A DNA stretch of 33,187 nucleotides from an uncultured Bacilli bacterium (GTDB lineage: Bacteria > Bacillota_I > Bacilli_A > RF39 > UBA660). The stretch covers positions 1 to 33,187 of the forward strand of contig CALVJZ010000003.1 in assembly GCA_944332465.1 (NCBI GenBank). Reading direction: 5' to 3'. Made by a program: the position numbers and the translations under genes. Shown in pieces: positions 26,640 through 33,187 of this stretch. The notes under the pieces are model-generated. The model made no database searches, was not told the DNA's origin, and worked only from the letters and a program-made list of their open reading frames with translations. Position 1 is the first letter of the stretch. Each line of letters starts with the position of its first letter.

Positions 26640-26978
26640 ATGAAAGAAAAAATAGATTATGAAGATTTTAGTAAAGTTGAATTTAAGATAGGAGTTATTA
26701 AGGAATGTGTAAAACATCCTAATGCAGACCGTTTACTTGTTTTTCAAATTGATGTAGGAGAAGAAGTTCCACGACAAATAATTTCTAGTATTGCAGAGTT
26801 TTATAATCCTGAAGATGTTATTGGAAAAAGAGTAGTTGTTGTGACAAATTTAAAGAAAGCAAAGTTCCGTGGTATGGAATCTGATGGAATGTTAGTTTGT
26901 GCTTCATTACCAAATGATGAAGATGTAGAACTTTTAACTATTACAAAAGATTTTCCAGGTGGTACAACTGTAGACTAA
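26640..26978 (+). CDS. Stand-alone tRNA-binding OB-fold protein (Trbp111/CsaA/MetRS C-terminal domain)
   Basis: IDYEDFSKVEFKIG, HPNADRLL, RQIISSI, VTNLKKAKFRGMESDGML. Confidence 0.9.
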   Translation: MKEKIDYEDFSKVEFKIGVIKECVKHPNADRLLVFQIDVGEEVPRQIISSIAEFYNPEDVIGKRVVVVTNLKKAKFRGMESDGMLVCASLPNDEDVELLTITKDFPGGTTVD

Positions 26979-26998
26979 AAAAGAGACTAAAATCTCTT

Positions 26999-27709
26999 TT
27001 ATTTTTTTATTAAATTTTTATTATGTCCTGTTATACAGGCGGTAATACCATTAATATTTGTTAAGTCTTTACCAAATGATACTATTTTATCGGCTTTACT
27101 CATTATTCTTCCTTCGGGATATCTACTCCTACAAATAGACACAGGTCCAATTTTAAAACGTGTGGAAGAAGTAATAATTTGACCTTTTATATGAGATGGT
27201 AGTGTTTCATATTTTTCTTCGTTATTTAATTCAAGGTCACTTCCGTCAATAGCTCTTACTGGAAATGGAAACATATGATGAACAATACCGTCGATAATTC
27301 TTTCTTCTTCATATTGGTCTTCAAAGTATGATGGATACCAGGTTGCTGCGTTAATAGCACCCTCAAGAGGATGCGTGAAACCATGTTTGTTTGTTAATCT
27401 AGATTTTTTTATCCCTGAATTTTGCCAAGGTAATTCATATAAATCATGAAACATAGCAATAGTTGTGGCACGTCTTGTAGATTCTATATCCCAATCTTTT
27501 TTCTTAGCTATTAAATAAGTTACAATAGCATCACTTACTATGTGTTCTCCTAAACTTACGGTATCATGATGTGGAAACTCTTCACTATTAAGACGTTTTA
27601 TAAACTCTTCATGGCTATATATTTTTTCAATCATTGACCAAATTTTTTTACTATCTTCTTGTGGTATTTTATAATGTTCTACTAATTTATCAAAAACTTG
27701 TTTTTCCAT
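26999..27709 (-). CDS. HD-domain phosphohydrolase
   Basis: HHDTVSLGEH, AMFHDLY, HGFTHPLEGA, IVHHMFP, ADKIVS; RBS AAGGAG. Confidence 0.8.
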   Translation of the reverse strand: MEKQVFDKLVEHYKIPQEDSKKIWSMIEKIYSHEEFIKRLNSEEFPHHDTVSLGEHIVSDAIVTYLIAKKKDWDIESTRRATTIAMFHDLYELPWQNSGIKKSRLTNKHGFTHPLEGAINAATWYPSYFEDQYEEERIIDGIVHHMFPFPVRAIDGSDLELNNEEKYETLPSHIKGQIITSSTRFKIGPVSICRSRYPEGRIMSKADKIVSFGKDLTNINGITACITGHNKNLIKK

Positions 27710-27777
27710 ACCCTTATTCTCCTTAAATTGCTATATATTATAGCATATTTATATATTTTTGTATATAAAAAAGTGAT

Positions 27778-28602
27778 TTAATTATCACTTTTATTTGTTT
27801 CGTTAGGTTGTTTTCTTAAAGTTTTTGGTTTACTTATTTCTGGTTCTGCAAGCATTAATTCAGGAATTTTACTTAAATCGATATTATTTAGAAACTCTTT
27901 TTCTTCTGGTGTTAGGGCTCTTGGAGGTGTTTTTTTTTCTATTTGAATTGTCTTTTCTGCTGTTAAATTTTTTTCTAATTCATTTTCTTTTTGTTCTTTT
28001 TCCTCGTCTTCTTGTGTTGTAAATTGAGAAGTTGTTGTAGCTTGTTCTTTTTTTGCAGTTTCGTAATAGTCTTTGGCAACAGCGGTTTGAACACCTAATG
28101 TTCCAAGACTTGCGATGGCTGTTAAAGCAGCAAGTTCAGGAGTTCCTAGGGCTGTTGCGAGATAGGCAAGGCCAATAGTAGGGAATAAGCACCATGTTTT
28201 TATTTTTCCTAAACGTGAACTCTGAGGATTTCCTTGCTCCGAAAAAGATTTAGCATTAATAAGTCCTATAGCAGCTTCCATAGCAACATTTAGGGCAAGG
28301 ATAGGCATACTTGGTACAATGGCTAAAGCTGGTACAGCAGCAAAGACTTTATCAACAATAGGATCTAGAAGTCGACCAAATTCACTATATCCATCTAATT
28401 TTCTAGCAGCAAGTCCATCAAAGAAGTCGGTAGCACTAAAGGCTGCTGTGGCAATAAGCGCACCAGGTATATTTCCAGTTAAAAATAAAGTGGGAATTAC
28501 AAAAGCACCTACTAATCTAGAAGCTGTTAATAAATTGGGAATGTATGTATTTTTATTTTTTAGACTTTCTTTAAATAATTTTAGTAAATCTTTGTCTGGC
28601 AT
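27778..28602 (-). CDS. CDP-alcohol phosphatidyltransferase (PgsA family) with a long hydrophilic C-terminal extension
   Basis: IPNLLTASRL, TDFFDGLAARK...SEFGRLLDPIVDK, GKIKT; start re-placed at ATG 28602 after AAGGGGG. Confidence 0.85.
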   Translation of the reverse strand: MPDKDLLKLFKESLKNKNTYIPNLLTASRLVGAFVIPTLFLTGNIPGALIATAAFSATDFFDGLAARKLDGYSEFGRLLDPIVDKVFAAVPALAIVPSMPILALNVAMEAAIGLINAKSFSEQGNPQSSRLGKIKTWCLFPTIGLAYLATALGTPELAALTAIASLGTLGVQTAVAKDYYETAKKEQATTTSQFTTQEDEEKEQKENELEKNLTAEKTIQIEKKTPPRALTPEEKEFLNNIDLSKIPELMLAEPEISKPKTLRKQPNETNKSDN

Positions 28603-28719
28603 TATAAGGCCCCCTTTGTCCATTTATTATAACAGATACATTTTTTTTCGTAAATAGTTGTTTTTTTCAAGGAAAAGTAATTGTTTTTACTAATAATAAA
28701 GGTGGAGGTGGAAGAAAGT

Positions 28720-30792
28720 TTGAAAGTTGTCTTGCAGGATGGAAATAAAGACTGTGGAATTAGTGCACTTCTATCTATTATTAGATATTTTGGGGGGAAT
28801 ATATCAAAAGAATATTTAAGAAGTCTTACAGGCACTAATAAAAATGGAGTCTCCATCTATCAGTTAATGGAAGCAGCAACAACACTTGGTTTTTCTTGTG
28901 AGGGTGTGAAGGGTGAGGTTTCATTTTTAGATTTATCTAAATTACCTTGTATTGCTCATATTGTATATCAAAAGAAATACCAACATTTTGTAGTTATATA
29001 CAAGATTGATTTTGATAAAAATGAAGTTGTTTTGATGGATCCAGCTAAAGGAAAAGTTGTATTATCTGTTAGTGCTTTTCAAATGTTATCTAGTGGTTAT
29101 TTTCTTTACTTGGTTCCTAATAAAAGTCTTCCTTGTTATTATGAAAAGAAAACTTTATTCAAATTATTAAGTCAGTTTTTAAAGCAGTATAAAATTATAT
29201 TTTTAATAATCATTATAGCATCTTTTCTTTTAATATTTATTGAAATTCTTTTAACCTTTCATTTTCAATATTTATATGATTTTGCTGTATCTTATAAAAT
29301 TATTGATAATATTTTTGTGATTAGTTATTTTCTTCTCGCTTTTTGTTTATTTCTAATATGTTTTAAAACCTTAAAAAACTACTTAATTTTAAGACTTAAT
29401 CTTTTCTTTGATCATAATATGAGTCTTTATTTTTATAAACAAATTCTTCTACTTCCATATTTATTTTTTAAGAATAGACCACTTGGAGAAATTTTAGAAA
29501 GACTACGTGATGTTAGTGAAGTTAAAAATTTTGTACTGGGACTATTTACTTCTATTGTTAGTAATTTATTATTTTTTATATTATTTTTTATACTACTATA
29601 TCGTATTCATTATATCTTTTTGTTACTGTTGTTAGGATATTTTGTTGTATTAGTTTTACTTTCTTTTTTCTTTTTTCGAAAAAAAGAAAGAAGACTTAAG
29701 AAGTTATTTACTAAGAAAGATTTTGTTCAGTCTTTTTTAGTAGAAACGTTTCAAAATGTAGATACTATTAAAGGTTTACATTTAGAATATGATTTTTTGG
29801 AACAAATAGAAAAATATTATCAAATTTATTTGGAGAAAAACTATGAGTTTCAAAAAATTGTTTTTTTAGAAAATTTTTTAAAACAGAGCTTTTATTATGT
29901 ATTAAATTTATTGTTTTTTGGATTTGGTAGTTACCTTTTAATAGATAGTAATATTTCTATCGCCTCCTTTATTATTTGTCAACAGATATTTAATTATTTA
30001 ATGCAGTATGGGGAAGATATTATGAGTTTTTTCTTTAATAGTTATAAAATTCCATTATCTATTTCAAGAATTGAAGAATTGTTTTCTATTTTTAGAGAGA
30101 ACTTTGAAGGTGGTAGTTATTATCAGTTATTAAAATTAGATGGTGATATTGTGTTTAGACATTTATCTTTCTCTTATGGCTTAAAGACAATTTTTTCTGA
30201 TTTTTCGTTTACAATTTTTTCACATAGTAAAGTTTTAATTACTGGTAAAAGTGGATGTGGAAAAAGTAGTTTGGTAAAAATAATTATGCGCTATTTAGAA
30301 GTTAATTATGGAGTGGTACGAATTGGTGGTATTGATATTAATCATATTCATTTAGATGTTATTAGAAATAATATTTCTTATGTGACGGGGAATGAACTTT
30401 TATTTTCTAATACATTACTTTATAACATTACGCTTGGTCGAGAAATAGAAGAAGAAAGGGTAAAAAAAGTTATTTCTTTAGTTAAGTTAGATGAGGTTGT
30501 GGAAAGACTCCCATTAAAATTAATGACTATAGTAGAAGAAAATGGTTTTAATTTTAGTGGTGGTGAAAGAGGGAAAATATTATTAGCAAGAGCTTTACTT
30601 AAAGTTAGTGATATTTATATTTTTGATGAGGCGTTTCACCAAATAGATATAGAACAAGAACATATTATTTTAGGTAATATTTTTAATTATTTGCGTGAAA
30701 AAACTATTATTGTGATTAGTCATAGATTAAATAATTTGGATTATTATGATAAAAGATATCGTTTGGAGGATGGTGAAATGCATGAATTTTAA
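28720..30792 (+). CDS. Peptidase-containing ABC transporter (C39 peptidase, TMD and NBD)
   Basis: QDGNKDCG (catalytic Cys), HFVV, LMDPA; TM region; GKSGCGKS, FSGGE, IFDEA, ISHR; TTG start after GGAGG. Confidence 0.92.
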   Translation: MKVVLQDGNKDCGISALLSIIRYFGGNISKEYLRSLTGTNKNGVSIYQLMEAATTLGFSCEGVKGEVSFLDLSKLPCIAHIVYQKKYQHFVVIYKIDFDKNEVVLMDPAKGKVVLSVSAFQMLSSGYFLYLVPNKSLPCYYEKKTLFKLLSQFLKQYKIIFLIIIIASFLLIFIEILLTFHFQYLYDFAVSYKIIDNIFVISYFLLAFCLFLICFKTLKNYLILRLNLFFDHNMSLYFYKQILLLPYLFFKNRPLGEILERLRDVSEVKNFVLGLFTSIVSNLLFFILFFILLYRIHYIFLLLLLGYFVVLVLLSFFFFRKKERRLKKLFTKKDFVQSFLVETFQNVDTIKGLHLEYDFLEQIEKYYQIYLEKNYEFQKIVFLENFLKQSFYYVLNLLFFGFGSYLLIDSNISIASFIICQQIFNYLMQYGEDIMSFFFNSYKIPLSISRIEELFSIFRENFEGGSYYQLLKLDGDIVFRHLSFSYGLKTIFSDFSFTIFSHSKVLITGKSGCGKSSLVKIIMRYLEVNYGVVRIGGIDINHIHLDVIRNNISYVTGNELLFSNTLLYNITLGREIEEERVKKVISLVKLDEVVERLPLKLMTIVEENGFNFSGGERGKILLARALLKVSDIYIFDEAFHQIDIEQEHIILGNIFNYLREKTIIVISHRLNNLDYYDKRYRLEDGEMHEF

Positions 30793-31195
30793 ATTTCAAA
30801 AACCTTTTTCTTGTTTTTATTTTTTGTTTATATTTTTTGGTATTCTTTTTTTCATTTTTTTGTTTGTTTTGTTTCATAAAAAAATTATTAATACTTATCA
30901 AATGATTCCTTTTGTGGCAATAGGAGAAGATACTATAGAAGGAGTTGTTTCAACCTCAGAACTTTCGTGGTTAGAAAAAAATAAATATTTACTTATTGAT
31001 GGAGAAAAAATTTTATTTAATATTACTTCCGTACAAAGAAAAGTTATGAAAAAAAAGAGACTTTGGTATCATCAAGTGGAGTTAAAACTTACGGTTTCTA
31101 AATATCATTTTAATGATTCTTTATTAGTTGGAGTTTTACAGAAGAAAAAAACATTTAGTTATTTGTTTTTTGAAATATGGAAAGGAGAGTCATGA
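30782..31195 (+). CDS. Single-TM accessory protein of the peptide export operon
   Basis: Overlaps the transporter stop; one N-terminal TM plus a small beta-rich domain; its TGA overlaps the ATG of peptide 1. Confidence 0.6.
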   Translation: MNFKFQKPFSCFYFLFIFFGILFFIFLFVLFHKKIINTYQMIPFVAIGEDTIEGVVSTSELSWLEKNKYLLIDGEKILFNITSVQRKVMKKKRLWYHQVELKLTVSKYHFNDSLLVGVLQKKKTFSYLFFEIWKGES

Positions 31196-31332
31196 AAAGA
31201 GTTAGTGATTTAGAATTAGAAGAAATAAGAGGAGGTGTATCTGGATGGGTAATGGTTGGTATTGCGGCAATAGTAGTCTTTTTAGCAGGCGTTTTTGAAG
31301 GTATCACCAATCCCACTCCATGTCAAAGATGA
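31192..31332 (+). CDS. Double-glycine leader peptide 1 (46 aa), bacteriocin class IIb-like
   Basis: Hand translation: MKRVSDLELEEIRGG|VSGWVMVGIAAIVVFLAGVFEGITNPTPCQR; RBS AAGGAG; ATGA overlap; absent from the ORF track. Confidence 0.85.
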   Translation: MKRVSDLELEEIRGGVSGWVMVGIAAIVVFLAGVFEGITNPTPCQR

Positions 31333-31499
31333 AAATAGTTGATAATAATGAGTTAGATTGTGTTTTAGGAGGAGAAACTATATCTGGTACAGTAATTAAT
31401 GCCTTTGGAAATATTATAGAGTTATTACTTGATGCAGGTAGAAGAGTAGGAAGTGCTATTAGACGATTTTCAGAGGGGAATTTATGTTCTTTAGACTGA
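31329..31499 (+). CDS. Double-glycine leader peptide 2 (56 aa), bacteriocin class IIb-like
   Basis: Hand translation: MKIVDNNELDCVLGG|ETISGTVINAFGNIIELLLDAGRRVGSAIRRFSEGNLCSLD; ATGA overlap with peptide 1; absent from the ORF track. Confidence 0.82.
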   Translation: MKIVDNNELDCVLGGETISGTVINAFGNIIELLLDAGRRVGSAIRRFSEGNLCSLD

Positions 31500-31557
31500 T
31501 TTTGTCTAAAAATGTGGTAAAACTTGCTTTTTTTAATAAAAAAATGGGCAAAAATTG

Positions 31558-31586
31558 TTGAAATATAAGGAAAGGTTTGATATAAT
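31558..31586 (+). promoter_or_regulatory. SigA promoter for rpsU
   Basis: TTGAAA-17 nt-TATAAT with extended TG. Confidence 0.75.
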
Positions 31587-31619
31587 TCATTGTAGTTAAA
31601 GCGAAGGGAGGGATAATTG

Positions 31620-31820
31620 ATGGCAACACAAGTAACAGTTAAAAACGGAAATTTGGATTTAGCTCTTAGAAAATTCAAACAAAAAGTGGCTAGAGACGGT
31701 GTCCCTTCTGAATGCAAAAAACGTGAATCTTATATCAAACCTGGAGTAGCTAGAAGAGCAGCTAAAAAAGAAGGAATTAAAAATTCTAAAAAAAGAAATC
31801 GTAAAGATAACAGAGACTAA
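31620..31820 (+). CDS. rpsU: 30S ribosomal protein S21
   Basis: VTVKNGNLDLALRKFK...KKRESYIKPGVARR; RBS GGAGG. Confidence 0.93.
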   Translation: MATQVTVKNGNLDLALRKFKQKVARDGVPSECKKRESYIKPGVARRAAKKEGIKNSKKRNRKDNRD

Positions 31821-31855
31821 GAGGTCTCTTTTTTTTACATATTTAAGGAGGATTT

Positions 31856-32935
31856 ATGTTAAAGGTTTCAAAGAAATTTAAAAGTCTTGCTTTAGCAGGA
31901 TTATTGTCTCTTTGTATTATTCCTGTTAATGGATGTAGCAGTAAAAATAGTAATGAAGGTTATGAACCAACTGAATATGCAGAGGGAGAACATCAAATTG
32001 TTTCTGTAGAAAAAAGTTTTGATCCATTCTTTGGTAAAAATGGTACTTATGGATTAAAAGCACCAGAAGGATATAAAATTACTGATTATGATTATGATAA
32101 AACTGATTATTTCGGTTTTGATGATTATACTTATGAAAATGTAGCTCCTGTAGAAGTCTTAAATCCTAATAATATTGGTACACCATTAGAAGAGACTGAA
32201 GAAGTTAGTGAAGTTTATGAAAGTGGAGAACATGTTATTGTAGATATAAAGCGTGGTTTTAATCCTTTCTTTGGTAAAGGAGATCAAGTTTTTCATTTAA
32301 CAGCACCAGAAGGATACGATGTTTTAGATTATGATTATGATAAAACTGATTCATTTGAATTTGTAAATATTACATATGTTAATAATCAACAGGTAAAGGT
32401 TAATGATATTAATCAGTTTGGTGAAGTTGTAGATAAAGTAGAGAGTAAAGAACAAGGTAATACATATGATGTTGGTACTGATTTTATGGTGGTATTAAAT
32501 CGTAGCTTTAATCCATTGTTTGGTAAAGATGAGATGAAAGAAGTACCTAGTATTCCTGGTTATGTAGTTGTTGATTATGATTATGATAAAACCGATTCAT
32601 TTGAATTTGAAACAATAGTTTATAAAAACATCGTACCTGTTGTTGTGGAAAATGAAAATGAAATTGGAGTTCCTGTTTCACCTGTAGAAGAAGATACACA
32701 TAGTGATGGTATTTATGATGAAGGGGAACACGTATTAGTAGATATTGATAGAAATTTAAATTTTTTAACTGGTTATAGTGGAACAAAAGAAGTAACATCA
32801 CCTGATGGATATGAGGTTTTAGACTATGATTACGATAAAAATGATGATTTTGAGTTTGATACTATAGTTTATAGTAATGACGAAAGTGTTTCTGTAAGCG
32901 ATAGTAATGATTTTGGTAAAGTCTTAAAAAAATAG
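31856..32935 (+). CDS. Acidic putative lipoprotein built of four tandem ~80-aa repeats
   Basis: Basic N-terminus, hydrophobic core and VNGC lipobox-like site; RBS AAGGAGG; four repeats. Confidence 0.75.
   Translation: MLKVSKKFKSLALAGLLSLCIIPVNGCSSKNSNEGYEPTEYAEGEHQIVSVEKSFDPFFGKNGTYGLKAPEGYKITDYDYDKTDYFGFDDYTYENVAPVEVLNPNNIGTPLEETEEVSEVYESGEHVIVDIKRGFNPFFGKGDQVFHLTAPEGYDVLDYDYDKTDSFEFVNITYVNNQQVKVNDINQFGEVVDKVESKEQGNTYDVGTDFMVVLNRSFNPLFGKDEMKEVPSIPGYVVVDYDYDKTDSFEFETIVYKNIVPVVVENENEIGVPVSPVEEDTHSDGIYDEGEHVLVDIDRNLNFLTGYSGTKEVTSPDGYEVLDYDYDKNDDFEFDTIVYSNDESVSVSDSNDFGKVLKK
31976..32926 (+). repeat. Four intragenic repeats Y..GEH...FNPFFGK...PEGY.V.DYDYDKTD.FEF...Y.N...V.V...N..G
   Basis: Directly visible in the translation; GA(T/C)TATGATTA(T/C)GATAAAA recurs four times in the DNA. 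Confidence 0.9.
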
Positions 32936-32947
32936 AAAATATAAAAT

Positions 32948-32976
32948 TTGACGAATTTTTTATTTTTTGATATAAT
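32948..32976 (+). promoter_or_regulatory. SigA promoter
   Basis: TTGACG-17 nt-TATAAT with extended TG. Confidence 0.75.
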
Positions 32977-33002
32977 TTGTTGGATTTTGAGGGGGAGTAT
33001 TT

Positions 33003-33187
33003 GTGTTTTATTCAGATGAATCAGTAAATGATTTACTTCAATATTCTAAAAGTATGGTTGATGATATAGCTAGTAAAAAAACTAAGCAAAACGATTTTTT
33101 AGTAGAACAGTATTTAATATTTGCAGGTATGATAGCATACTATGGTTTTGAACATATTAATGCAATATATAAAGCATTTCAAAATAC
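33003..33187 (+). CDS. Hypothetical protein, 3'-truncated by the window end
   Basis: RBS GGGGAG, GTG start, open to the end: MFYSDESVNDLLQYSKSMVDDIASKKTKQNDFLVEQYLIFAGMIAYYGFEHINAIYKAFQN... Confidence 0.65.
   Translation, partial: MFYSDESVNDLLQYSKSMVDDIASKKTKQNDFLVEQYLIFAGMIAYYGFEHINAIYKAFQN

Noticed and set aside
27825-28856. ORFs 27825-28022 (+), 28319-28657 (+) and 28602-28856 (-)
   Set aside because: Antisense to the PgsA-like gene or the transporter 5' end; no motifs or RBS support.
31304-31717. Minus-strand 137-aa ORF, considered as a possible immunity gene
   Set aside because: Antisense to rpsU and both peptide genes, with no RBS or TM pattern typical of immunity proteins.
1919-32801. 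Other short ORFs (1919-2143, 7417-7665, 10410-10640, 17924-18106, 18869-19078, 23460-23657, 30716-30901, 32547-32801)
   Set aside because: All overlap well-supported genes or terminators on the opposite strand or in another frame.
31976-32926. Recurring GATTATGATTATGATAAAAC considered as a CRISPR-like array
   Set aside because: Spacing is ~240 nt and in frame within a coding repeat; no cas genes present.

Overview
Low-GC, strongly + strand-biased chromosomal segment from a Bacillota (Firmicutes) bacterium. Gene content resembles reduced-genome, spore-gene-retaining uncultured Bacilli such as RF39/UBA660, which is inference from gene style only. Standard code 11 appears to be used. In order: a sortase-dependent pilus locus (5'-truncated adhesin, minor pilin, backbone pilin, class C and class B sortases); an RluA-family synthase; an Asn T-box controlling asnB-asnS; a PP2C phosphatase and a lipoprotein; an orphan HerA/DUF87 ATPase before sepF-divIVA; three tandem paralogous minimal kinase-like genes between divIVA and an Ile T-box; a 59-aa ORF and a type 2 ileS with a non-canonical GIHH motif; an SDR and ynbB; a compact spoIIIAH-gerE-gerM cluster; an L,D-transpeptidase with a WXG100-like N-terminus; tRNA-Arg(TCT); a Trbp111/CsaA-like protein; an HD protein; a PgsA-family enzyme; a C39 peptidase ABC exporter with two double-glycine peptides missing from the ORF track; rpsU; a four-repeat acidic lipoprotein; and a 3'-truncated ORF. 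The best novelty candidates are the kinase triplet, the two single-Cys peptide export locus, a shared basic C-terminal motif on accessory proteins, and the minimal sporulation module. No database searches were run.
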